NCBI GenBank assembly: GCA_037138355.1
Contig: JBAXIL010000001.1
Location: forward strand, 27,039 to 91,038
From: a bacterium
GTDB taxonomy: Bacteria; Oederibacteriota; PGYV01; Palsa-1178
DNA length: 64,000 nucleotides
Direction: 5' to 3'
Under the pieces are notes generated by a model that saw only the letters and a program-made list of their open reading frames with translations, searched no databases and was not told the DNA's origin. A program made the position numbers and the translations under genes. This document shows positions 27,630 through 36,630 of this stretch, piece by piece (position 1 is the first letter of the stretch; each line of letters opens with the position of its first letter).

Positions 27630-27874
27630 CAGTAAATTAGATATGAAAAGTTTCAGATTAGTCATCTCACATAAATACAAATGTTGTTTTACAACGAGAA
27701 AACTTGATTTTGCTTTATGAAACGCTAACTGCTATATCTTAATTTATCTCTCTTGAAAACACGATTCTTTCACTATATGGAATCAAAATCACAAACCCCA
27801 TAAAATACTATTGATTTATAATATATATCATTTATAATGATAAAAATGGTAAAAAATAAAAGGCAAGGTAAAAA

Positions 27875-28573
27875 ATGAGCGATTTTGATTATATAAAAAA
27901 TAATATTGATAAATTAAGAACTGAGATTGACTTAATTAATAAGAATGTAAAAATTTTAGCAGTTACTAAAACTCACAGTAAGCAGGCAGTTGAAGCAGCT
28001 ATTAATTTTGGATTAAATGAGTTTGGAGAGAGCAAGTTACAGGAAGCACAAGCGAAAATAATAGATATTAGTTCTTCGCATAGTAATATACTTTGGCACT
28101 TCATTGGACATTTGCAAAGTAATAAAACAAATAAAGTGATTGAAAATTTTGAAGTTATAGAGTCATGCGATAGAATTGAGTTGATTGAACAAATTTCTTT
28201 ACAATCTTTGAGTATGGGGAAAGTTACTACTTGTCTTCTTGAAATTAAAGTTTCTGAAGAAGACACAAAATTTGGAATACAACCTGATAATACATTTGCT
28301 ATAATAGAAAAAGTAAAGCATTTGGGTGGTATAAAAATTAATGGACTTATGACTATGGCACCATATTTTGATGAGTCTGAAAAGGCACGACCGTATTTTA
28401 AGAAAGTAAGAAAACTTTTTGATACTATAAAAGGTCAAAATCCAGGTGGTAATGTTACGATGGAAATATTATCAATGGGAATGAGTGATGATTATAAAAT
28501 AGCAATAGCAGAAGGCAGCACTCAGGTAAGAATTGGAACAGCAATTTTTGGCAAGCGCGACAATTATAAATAA
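27875..28573 (+). CDS. yggS: PLP homeostasis protein YggS
   Basis: LAVTKT, FGESKLQE, WHFIGHLQSNK, GLMTM, LSMGMSDDY, VRIGTAIFG. Confidence 0.96.
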   Translation: MSDFDYIKNNIDKLRTEIDLINKNVKILAVTKTHSKQAVEAAINFGLNEFGESKLQEAQAKIIDISSSHSNILWHFIGHLQSNKTNKVIENFEVIESCDRIELIEQISLQSLSMGKVTTCLLEIKVSEEDTKFGIQPDNTFAIIEKVKHLGGIKINGLMTMAPYFDESEKARPYFKKVRKLFDTIKGQNPGGNVTMEILSMGMSDDYKIAIAEGSTQVRIGTAIFGKRDNYK

Positions 28574-28594
28574 TATAAGGGAGACGAGAATATT

Positions 28595-29413
28595 GTGGCT
28601 ATAGATATGACTGGTATAGGTTTCATAGGCTTCGGCAAAATGGCACAGGCAATTGTTAAAGGTATGTTGTTTTCTAAAAAATATAGTTCCAAAAAAATAT
28701 CAGCTTATGATGTTGATGTTAAGACACTTGTTTTAGGTTGTAAGAAGTATAAGATTGGCAAAGAAAATTCAAATCAAAATATTCTTAATAAAAAACGAAT
28801 AATAATATTGGCAGTCAAACCACAAAATCTTTCCGAAGTTTTGGAATCGCTTAAAACTAACATAACTTCAAATCATTTGATAATCACTATAGTTGCAGGA
28901 GTTTCAATAAATAAAATACAGCAACTTTTAGGAATTAAATGTTCTGTCGTCAGAGTCATGCCAAATACACCAGCATTAATTGGTGAAGGGGCTGCTGGTT
29001 ATGCTTTTAGCAGAGAAGTAAAAGCCAAGGATAAAATATTAACACAGAATATATTAGCTACAATCTGTAAAATCATGATTAATGTTCCTGAAAGTGAAAT
29101 AAATAAAGTTACAGCTTTGAGTGGAAGCGGACCAGCATATGTGTTTTATTTTGCAGAAGCAATGCTTGAGGCGGCAAGACAAATGAAGTTTGACTTAAAA
29201 GAAGCAAAAAAACTTATAGCACAGACATTTATTGGTTCTGCTATGTTGTTAATAAAAAGTGAAGAAGGACCTGAGGTTTTAAGACGAAATGTAACATCAA
29301 AAGGTGGCACTACTGAAAGCGCTATAACGACAATGGAAGCTAAGGCTGTTAAAGATAGCTTTATCAAAGCAATAATTTTAGCAAAAGAGAGGGCAGACGA
29401 ACTTGGCAAGTAA
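28595..29413 (+). CDS. proC: Pyrroline-5-carboxylate reductase
   Basis: IGFIGFGKM, LAVKPQ, RVMPNTP, TALSGSGPAY, VTSKGGTT. Confidence 0.96.
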   Translation: MAIDMTGIGFIGFGKMAQAIVKGMLFSKKYSSKKISAYDVDVKTLVLGCKKYKIGKENSNQNILNKKRIIILAVKPQNLSEVLESLKTNITSNHLIITIVAGVSINKIQQLLGIKCSVVRVMPNTPALIGEGAAGYAFSREVKAKDKILTQNILATICKIMINVPESEINKVTALSGSGPAYVFYFAEAMLEAARQMKFDLKEAKKLIAQTFIGSAMLLIKSEEGPEVLRRNVTSKGGTTESAITTMEAKAVKDSFIKAIILAKERADELGK

Positions 29414-29699
29414 TATACATATCATCATAGTAGATATCATAAATGGAATGGCTACAGTATATATGTTTCTTATACTAATTAGATCACTTATGACTTGGCT
29501 AAGGCAAGAAGTCATTGCTAAATTTTTTGGTTTTTTTGATGCCGTGGCGAAAGTCACGGATCCTGTTTTGAATTTAATAAGAAAATTTTTTCCTTCCTAT
29601 ATTGGAAGAGTTGACCTTTCCCCATTCATTGCTTTGTTGTTAGTTGAAATAATAAAATATGTGTTTATATATGGTCTTAACTTAATTTATAAATTATGA
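29403..29699 (+). CDS. yggT: YggT-family membrane protein
   Basis: LILIRSLMTW, VTDPVL..IRK, VDLSPFIA; start codon uncertain. Confidence 0.9.
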   Translation: MASNIHIIIVDIINGMATVYMFLILIRSLMTWLRQEVIAKFFGFFDAVAKVTDPVLNLIRKFFPSYIGRVDLSPFIALLLVEIIKYVFIYGLNLIYKL

Positions 29700-29992
29700 T
29701 TAATTTAATTATAGAACACAATGGGGCAATAACTTTCAATGTGAAAGTATTGCCAAACTCATCGAAAACTGAAATTATAGGCACTAATGATGGTATATTA
29801 AAGATAAAATTAAATGCTCCTCCAGATAAAGGGAAGGCGAACAGAGAACTCGTTGAATTATTTAGTGAAACATTTAAAGTCAAAAGAAAAGCTGTAATTA
29901 TTGTTAAGGGAGATAAGAGTCGAAATAAAAGTATTATGATAGATGGTATCACAAAAAAGAATTTTATAAATATATTAGGAGGTACAATTTGA
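29696..29992 (+). CDS. yggU: DUF167/YggU family protein
   Basis: [29 protein letters not shown]. Confidence 0.9.
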   Translation: MINLIIEHNGAITFNVKVLPNSSKTEIIGTNDGILKIKLNAPPDKGKANRELVELFSETFKVKRKAVIIVKGDKSRNKSIMIDGITKKNFINILGGTI

Positions 29993-30819
29993 AAGAGCTA
30001 AATAAGAAAATCATTTTATCGGTAGAAAAGATACAGCAGGAGGTCCCTGGTTTTATGCCAGAGATTGGAATTATTCTCGGAACAGGACTTGGGGCGCTTG
30101 CCAAGGAAATCAAAAACAAAAAATCAATCCCTTATGAAAAAATACCAAATTTTCCACTTTCTACAGTAGAATCTCATCAGGGGCAACTTGTGTGCGGAGA
30201 ACTGGAAGGAAGGCAAGTGGTGGCAATGCAGGGGCGTTTTCATCGCTATGAGGGCTATACAATGAAGGAAGTGACATTCCCTGTGCGTGTTATGAAAGAG
30301 CTTGGGGTTAAATACCTTCTTATATCAAATGCTGCAGGTGGTATGAATCCAAAATTTAAAGCTCCTTGTCTTGTCTTGATTGAGGATCATATTAGCTTAT
30401 TTATGGGAGATAATCCTTTACTTGGTCCAAATGACAATGAGTTAGGACCGCGCTGGCCTGATATGATAGAGCCATATTCCAAAGAACTTATGAGTATTGC
30501 TAAAATTGCCGCTAAAGATTTGGGAATTGAATTACAGTCTGGTGTTTATGTTGGTGTGACTGGACCAAGCCTTGAAACGCGTGCTGAATACAAGTTATTA
30601 AATAAATTTGCAGATATGGTAGGCATGTCCACTGTCCCTGAAGTTATCGTGGCGGTTCATTGTGGTCTTAAAGTTTTGGGTATTTCAGTCATAACAGATT
30701 TATGTATACCAGAGACACTTGAACCAGCTGATATTTCAAAAATCATTAACAATGCTAACATAGCGGAACCAAAACTCACCGCGCTTATGAAAGAAGTAAT
30801 AAAAAGAATAAAGGAGTAA
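29989..30819 (+). CDS. Purine nucleoside phosphorylase, trimeric PNP/MTAP family
   Basis: [46 protein letters not shown]. Confidence 0.92.
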   Translation: MKELNKKIILSVEKIQQEVPGFMPEIGIILGTGLGALAKEIKNKKSIPYEKIPNFPLSTVESHQGQLVCGELEGRQVVAMQGRFHRYEGYTMKEVTFPVRVMKELGVKYLLISNAAGGMNPKFKAPCLVLIEDHISLFMGDNPLLGPNDNELGPRWPDMIEPYSKELMSIAKIAAKDLGIELQSGVYVGVTGPSLETRAEYKLLNKFADMVGMSTVPEVIVAVHCGLKVLGISVITDLCIPETLEPADISKIINNANIAEPKLTALMKEVIKRIKE

Positions 30820-30826
30820 TAACACT

Positions 30827-31891
30827 ATGAATGATTTTAGCCCGGTTGAATGGAAAAATAATCATTTATTAGTACTTGATCAGTTATTATTACCATTTCA
30901 AGAAAAAGTAATAATTTGTAAAACATGTAAGGAAGTTGCGACTGCTATTAAAGATATGAATTTGCGTGGAGCACCGCTTATAGGTATAGCGGCGGCTTTT
31001 GGATTAGCAATGGAAGCGAAGCAGTCAAAAGCAAATAAATATGATAAGTTCAGTAAGGAAATGATAAAGGCAGGAGCACAACTTGTAGAGACCAGGCCAA
31101 CAGCTGTTAACCTCAAATGGGCGGTTGACAGAATGCTTAGAACGATGGAACAAAATAAAGAGAGGAAAATTTCAAGTTTAAAAGATTTAATTATTGCTGA
31201 AGCTGTAAAAATATATAAAGAAGATTTAGATAATAATAAACTGATTGGTAAATATGGTTCAGAACTAATTCGCGAAAAAGATACTGTTCTTACTCATTGT
31301 AATGCAGGAGCACTGGCAACTGCAGGGTATGGAACCGCATTAGGAGTAATAAGGGCGGCGCATGAAAAAAAGAAAAAAATAACAGTATTTGTAGATGAGA
31401 CAAGACCTTACTTACAAGGGGCAAGACTTACTGCTTGGGAAATGGAAAAGGAAAAAATTCCACACTTTCTTATTACCGATAATATGGCTGGATATTTTAT
31501 GTCAATTGGAAAAATTAATGTTGTGGTAGTGGGAGCGGACAGAATCACTGCAAATGGTGATGTGGCAAATAAAATAGGGACATACTCTGCTGCAGTTCTT
31601 GCCCATGCTAACAATATTCCTTTTTATGTTGCGGCACCTTCTTCAACTATTGATTTTAGTATGAAAAAGGGAAGCTTAATACCTATAGAAATGAGAAGTG
31701 AAGATGAAGTTAAAAAGATTTTTGGTAAGGATATTTCATGCAAGAAAACAAGAGCACTTCATCCGGCTTTTGATGTAACTCCTGCAAAATATATAACAGC
31801 AATAATAACCGAGAAAGGCGTCATAAGAGCGCCATATGACATAAATCTTGAAAAAGTGCTATTAAATAAAGAGGTTGTGGCTGATTTATGA
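30827..31891 (+). CDS. mtnA: S-methyl-5-thioribose-1-phosphate isomerase
   Basis: LRGAPLIG, TRPTAVNL, LTHCNAGALAT, DETRPYLQGARLTAWE, GDVANKIGTY, PAFDVTP. Confidence 0.96.
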   Translation: MNDFSPVEWKNNHLLVLDQLLLPFQEKVIICKTCKEVATAIKDMNLRGAPLIGIAAAFGLAMEAKQSKANKYDKFSKEMIKAGAQLVETRPTAVNLKWAVDRMLRTMEQNKERKISSLKDLIIAEAVKIYKEDLDNNKLIGKYGSELIREKDTVLTHCNAGALATAGYGTALGVIRAAHEKKKKITVFVDETRPYLQGARLTAWEMEKEKIPHFLITDNMAGYFMSIGKINVVVVGADRITANGDVANKIGTYSAAVLAHANNIPFYVAAPSSTIDFSMKKGSLIPIEMRSEDEVKKIFGKDISCKKTRALHPAFDVTPAKYITAIITEKGVIRAPYDINLEKVLLNKEVVADL

Positions 31892-32310
31892 CAGATGGCT
31901 GGATAGATGACCGGTATTGTTTCGCCTGTGGAGAAAAGAATCCTATAGGTATGCATCTTCATTTTGTTTTGACTGATGAAGGTATAGAAGCAAAATATGC
32001 ATTCCCAAAGGAACTGCAGGGATATTCTGGTATAGTCCATGGAGGAATGATATCTTTACTTTTAGACGAAGTTATGGTAAATTTACCGTGGCTTAAATTG
32101 AAACAACCAGTAGTTTCTGCGGATATTCGAATTAAGTTTATAAAACCTTTAAAAATAGGCGAAATTGTTGTTGCCAAAGCTTTTATAGAAAAGCAGAAGA
32201 AAAATATTTTTTGGGTTAAAAGTGTGCTTATTAGAGAACGAGATGGTGTAAAAGTGGCAGAAGCGGAAGCTGTCTGCGTGCAGGTGAGTCTTGAACAGAT
32301 GAATGCCTGA
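31888..32310 (+). CDS. PaaI-family hotdog thioesterase
   Basis: CFACGEKNPIG, QGYSGIVHGGMISLLLDE. Confidence 0.88.
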   Translation: MTDGWIDDRYCFACGEKNPIGMHLHFVLTDEGIEAKYAFPKELQGYSGIVHGGMISLLLDEVMVNLPWLKLKQPVVSADIRIKFIKPLKIGEIVVAKAFIEKQKKNIFWVKSVLIRERDGVKVAEAEAVCVQVSLEQMNA

Positions 32311-32356
32311 AGCAATATAAAAAAAATTAACATAAAAAAATTCGGAGGTTTTACTG

Positions 32357-32449
32357 ATGGGAAGCGGAAAGAAAAGACATAAATGGAAAATTAAGACGCA
32401 TAAGAGAAAAAAACACAGAAGAGTAAATAGATTTAAAGCTGGTAAATAG
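32357..32449 (+). CDS. 30-aa basic protein, bS22/mS38 (AURKAIP1/COX24) small-subunit ribosomal protein family
   Basis: Below the ORF-track cutoff. GGAGG SD then MGSGKKRHKWKIKTHKRKKHRRVNRFKAGK*; matches the M-x-SGKKR...THKRKK..R.NR pattern I recall for Bacteroidota-type bS22. Confidence 0.8.
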   Translation: MGSGKKRHKWKIKTHKRKKHRRVNRFKAGK

Positions 32450-32481
32450 AACTTAATAGATAAAGAATAACGGAGGATTTT

Positions 32482-33234
32482 ATGTCAGGACATTCAAAAT
32501 GGGCGACCATTAAACGCAAGAAAGCCCTTACTGATTCAAAGAGGGGCGCTTCGTTTACTAAAATAATCAGAGAAATAATCGTTGCGGCAAAATCTGGCGG
32601 TGATCCAAATGCTAATGCCAGATTAAGAACGGTTATTGAAAAGGCAAAAGCGGTTAATATGCCTTCTGATAACATTAAAAAGGCAATACAAAAAGGAACT
32701 GGCGAACTTCCAGGCGTAAATTATGAAGAAATAATGTATGAAGGCTATGGTCCAGGCGGAGTCGCTTTAATAATTAATATTACAACTGATAATAGAAATA
32801 GATCTGCTGCTGATTTAAGGGCTATACTTGCCAAATGCATGGGTTCTATGGCTGCTCCAGGCGCGACAGCGTGGCAGTTTGACCAGAAAGGTTTTATTTC
32901 AGTACCAAAAGAAGCTATTGATGAAGACAGCTTAATGGAAGTAGCACTTGAAGCTGGTGCTTCTGATATTAAAAACGAAGAAGAATCTTATGACATAGTA
33001 ACTGAAGTTTCTGATTTTGAAAAAGTTAAAAAAGCACTTGAAGCAAAAAGCGTAAAGTTTACTGTGGCAGAAATTACTATGGTGCCTAAGAATTATGTAA
33101 AGCTTAATGGCAAGGATGCTGAGCGTATGCTCAAGCTTATGGAAGCACTTGAGGAACATGAAGATACTTCAAATGTGTATGCGAATTTTGATATACCAAA
33201 AGAAGTAATGGATAAAATTAGTTCTGAAGAATAA
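32482..33234 (+). CDS. yebC: YebC/PmpR family protein
   Basis: MSGHSKWATIKRKK, DPNANARLR, YEGYGPGG, TDNRNR. Confidence 0.97.
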   Translation: MSGHSKWATIKRKKALTDSKRGASFTKIIREIIVAAKSGGDPNANARLRTVIEKAKAVNMPSDNIKKAIQKGTGELPGVNYEEIMYEGYGPGGVALIINITTDNRNRSAADLRAILAKCMGSMAAPGATAWQFDQKGFISVPKEAIDEDSLMEVALEAGASDIKNEEESYDIVTEVSDFEKVKKALEAKSVKFTVAEITMVPKNYVKLNGKDAERMLKLMEALEEHEDTSNVYANFDIPKEVMDKISSEE

Positions 33235-33255
33235 ATGGAAAACAATATATGATTA

Positions 33256-33279
33256 AAAGGGCGGAGCAATCCGCCCTTT
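33256..33279 (+). terminator. Terminator-like hairpin after yebC
   Basis: AAAGGGCGGA-GCAA-TCCGCCCTTT with a GNRA loop. Confidence 0.75.
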
Positions 33280-33323
33280 GTCACAAATAAAGGATTTTGT
33301 TAGTAGAATGAGGCGAATATAAC

Positions 33324-34241
33324 ATGGAAAACTTACCTTACAATTCACTGAGAAAATACTATGCTGAAAAATATACACAAAGAGTTCAAAAAATAACTGT
33401 ATCTCTACCTTTTACATGTCCACATATGGCACAAGATGGTACAGGTGGATGCACTTATTGTCACCAAGGAAGTATTCCTAACTTAAACGATTCAAAACTT
33501 CCTATGCAACAACAGGTAATTACAGGAATTACTGCTGCACAAAAGCGCTACGGACTGAATACCAAATATATAATATATTTTCAAACACATACAAATACCA
33601 ATGCTACAATTGCAACCCTGAAGAAGATATATGATGAGGCATTAGGTTTTGAAAATGTAATAGGTTTAGGAATTGGTACAAGACCTGATTGCGTTGATAA
33701 TGATGTACTTAACTTGCTCAATCAATATTGTGATTCGGGCCATGAAGTTTGGATTGAACTTGGTTTGCAGTCAGCTAATAATGCTACCTTAAAAATAATA
33801 AACCGAGGTCATACGGTAGAAGATTTTATTGATGCTGTTTTACGCGCGAAAAAAACAAAGCTAAAAATAACAGCACATATGATTATAGGCCTGCCTGGAG
33901 AAAAAAAAGAGGATTTTATGAAAACTGCCAAGCTGATTGCTTCGCTTGGGGTACACGCAATTAAGATTCATCCTTTACATGTTATGGAAGGAACAGTTCT
34001 TGGAGATAACTACAAAAAACAGCAATTTGAAACACTTCACCTTGATGATTATATAGAAGCACTTGCTGACATTATTGAAATATTGCCGCCTGATATGATA
34101 GTAATGCGATATACTGCTGAGGCCATAGACAGTCATTTGTTGGCTCCAAATTATTGCAGACCTGAGTATAAAATAGTATTAAAACAGATGTTGATTGCAG
34201 AACTTCTAAAAAGAGAGTCAAAACAGGGCTCAAAGTTATGA
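33324..34241 (+). CDS. Radical SAM protein, YhcC/YtqA (TIGR01212) family
   Basis: FTCP...GGCTYC, YFQTHTNT, IGTRPDC, ELGLQS, INRGH, IKIHPL. Confidence 0.9.
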   Translation: MENLPYNSLRKYYAEKYTQRVQKITVSLPFTCPHMAQDGTGGCTYCHQGSIPNLNDSKLPMQQQVITGITAAQKRYGLNTKYIIYFQTHTNTNATIATLKKIYDEALGFENVIGLGIGTRPDCVDNDVLNLLNQYCDSGHEVWIELGLQSANNATLKIINRGHTVEDFIDAVLRAKKTKLKITAHMIIGLPGEKKEDFMKTAKLIASLGVHAIKIHPLHVMEGTVLGDNYKKQQFETLHLDDYIEALADIIEILPPDMIVMRYTAEAIDSHLLAPNYCRPEYKIVLKQMLIAELLKRESKQGSKL

Positions 34242-34254
34242 TACAATAATATAT

Positions 34255-34283
34255 GGAACATGTTGTAGTTGACATGCGTCTAA
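34255..34283 (+). promoter_or_regulatory. ECF-type promoter of the tolC-macA-macB operon
   Basis: GGAACA-tgttgtagttgacatg-CGTCTAA; same boxes and spacing as the promoter before the ECF sigma gene. Confidence 0.72.
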
Positions 34284-34315
34284 ATATAGACATCGATTAA
34301 TCAAAAGGGGGTTTT

Positions 34316-35605
34316 ATGAAAAAAATCATTGTTATGTTCATCTGGGTGGTACTTGTGGTCAGTTCTTTGCAGGCAAATGCACAACAATTATCGTGGAAGT
34401 TCTGTGTTAGCGAGGCTTTAGTAAGTAATTATTTATTAATATCTGCTCAAGAAAAATTGAATCAGGCAAAAGCGCAGAGCTGGTCAGCAGCAGCGGCTGC
34501 ACTTCCACAAATATCAATTTCTGCTTCTGCTTCAGATAGCGGAAGTGAACCAAGCTTGGATTCTCTTCCTTATACAGGAAATACAAAATCGCAGAATTAT
34601 GCATATGGTTTGAATGTCAGACAGCTTGTCTTTGATGGATTTAAGAATACCCACGACATAATGAAATCCTCAGAAGATGTAAAATCTGCAGAATTAAATT
34701 ACAAAATTACTTCAGCTCAAGTCAGATATAATTTAAAGCTTGCTTATGTAGGTTTAATGAAAGCGCAGGAAATGGTCACAATCACAGGTCAAATATTAAA
34801 TTTGAGAAAAAAACAATACGAAGATGTGAAACTAAGATATACCGCTGGTAGGGAAAATAAGGGAGCTGTATTAAGTTCAGAAGCAGATTTTAAGGAGTCT
34901 GAATTTGAAGTAGCTCAAGCAGCTCGTTCGCTTGAACTCGCAAAACAAATTCTGTCAACAGCACTTGGAAGGGATATAAACTCAGATATTTCTGTAACTC
35001 TGGATTATACACTTAAGGAAACTCTGTCTGTAGATCCGGATTTTGAAGCATTGCTTAATAATAATATGAATTATTTACTACTTATGTCACAACGCAAGGC
35101 AGCAGAATTTTCTTTGAATTCATCTTTGGGAGCATGTTTTCCTCAAGTCACATTTAGCGGAAGCCTTGGCAGGAGTGCTAAAACGCTTGAAATTAATAAT
35201 ACCAGTTGGTCTTTGGGTTTAAATGTTTCATATTCATTATTTGATGGAGGAAAGCTTGCCGCTCAGTCAGCAGCTTCACTTGCAGCATTAAGACAGGCAA
35301 AGGCAGACGAGAAGTCTGGCATGTATTCTGGTTTAAATACGATTAAAACAATTTGGTATGATTTTAAAGATGCCTATCTAAATCTTAATGTACAACAGAA
35401 GTATTTTGAAGCCAGTCAAGAAAGAGCAACAATAGCAGATGCCCAGTACTCAACAGGATTAATTGATTTTAATAATTGGACAATAATTCAAAACAGTCTT
35501 GTGAGTTCTCAGAAGTCTATAATTTCATCACAAACAGACTTATTAAATGCAGAAGCTGCCTGGGTACAGGTTAAGGGAGGAACATTAGAAAATGAAACTA
35601 AATAA
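34316..35605 (+). CDS. TolC-family outer-membrane efflux protein
   Basis: Signal peptide, two OEP repeats (LPQISISAS...QLVFDG; FPQVTFSGS...YSLFDGG). Confidence 0.92.
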   Translation: MKKIIVMFIWVVLVVSSLQANAQQLSWKFCVSEALVSNYLLISAQEKLNQAKAQSWSAAAAALPQISISASASDSGSEPSLDSLPYTGNTKSQNYAYGLNVRQLVFDGFKNTHDIMKSSEDVKSAELNYKITSAQVRYNLKLAYVGLMKAQEMVTITGQILNLRKKQYEDVKLRYTAGRENKGAVLSSEADFKESEFEVAQAARSLELAKQILSTALGRDINSDISVTLDYTLKETLSVDPDFEALLNNNMNYLLLMSQRKAAEFSLNSSLGACFPQVTFSGSLGRSAKTLEINNTSWSLGLNVSYSLFDGGKLAAQSAASLAALRQAKADEKSGMYSGLNTIKTIWYDFKDAYLNLNVQQKYFEASQERATIADAQYSTGLIDFNNWTIIQNSLVSSQKSIISSQTDLLNAEAAWVQVKGGTLENETK

Positions 35606-36569
35606 ACTTTTATGGGTAGTAGTTCTTTTACTGGCTGTGGTAATTGTATTAATGTTTGTAATTCCTAAAAAAACAACAGCAGTTGATCAGAAATATACTG
35701 TAACAAAGGGTTCAATAAAAATATTTGTTAGTACCACGGGGACAGTATTGCCGCAGAACCGACTTGAAATAAAACCGCCATTGGCAGGAAGAATAGAGAG
35801 TATTTTGGTCGTGGAAGGACAGCATGTAAAGAAAGGGCAGACTCTTGCTTACATGAGTTCTTCAGATAGAGCAGCCTTGTTAGATGCAGCACGCGGGCAG
35901 GGCATACAAAAATTGAAACAATGGGAAGATACATATAAACCAATACCATTAATTGCACCTATTGATGGCGAGGTAATTGTGAGGGCTGTAGAACCAGGAC
36001 AGAGTGTGACAGCTTCTGATCCAGTTTTGGTTTTGTCAGATAGACTTATTATACAAGCGCAGGTAGATGAAACAGATATTGGAAAAATACAGCTTGGTCA
36101 AAAAGCAATGATTGTTTTGGATGCATATTCTGACCAGACCATAGAAGGTTTAGTTGACCATGTATATTACGAGTCAAAAACAGTTAACAATGTAACTATG
36201 TATAATGTCGATATACTCCCTAATAAAGTGCCAGATTTTTTCCGTTCAGGTATGAGTGCAAATATAGATGTAATAAGACAATTTAAAGATAATATATTGA
36301 TATTGCCTGTTGTTGCCATAAAGAAGTTTAATGATAAAAGTTTTGTTTTTGTTAATGTTGCAGGACAAGAAAAAGCAGAAAAAAGAGAAGTAATTACTGG
36401 CATTAGCGACGATGATAATATGGAAATAACTGCTGGGCTAAATGAATCAGATATAGTTGTAGTATCAAAACAAAATTATTTTATTGAAAAAGCATCAACT
36501 AAGCAAGTAAATCCATTCATGCCACAAAGACCACAGAGAACCAGTGTTGGTGGCGGACGCGCACATTAA
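35592..36569 (+). CDS. MacA-like periplasmic adaptor (membrane fusion protein)
   Basis: N-terminal TM helix, lipoyl halves (GRIESILVVEGQHVKKGQ; IAPIDGEV), VDETDIGKI, GMSA. Confidence 0.92.
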   Translation: MKLNKLLWVVVLLLAVVIVLMFVIPKKTTAVDQKYTVTKGSIKIFVSTTGTVLPQNRLEIKPPLAGRIESILVVEGQHVKKGQTLAYMSSSDRAALLDAARGQGIQKLKQWEDTYKPIPLIAPIDGEVIVRAVEPGQSVTASDPVLVLSDRLIIQAQVDETDIGKIQLGQKAMIVLDAYSDQTIEGLVDHVYYESKTVNNVTMYNVDILPNKVPDFFRSGMSANIDVIRQFKDNILILPVVAIKKFNDKSFVFVNVAGQEKAEKREVITGISDDDNMEITAGLNESDIVVVSKQNYFIEKASTKQVNPFMPQRPQRTSVGGGRAH

Positions 36570-36630
36570 GTAACTTATTTAATTTTAATTTATATATATT
36601 ATAATATTATGAAAAAAAGAAAGGCAAAAA

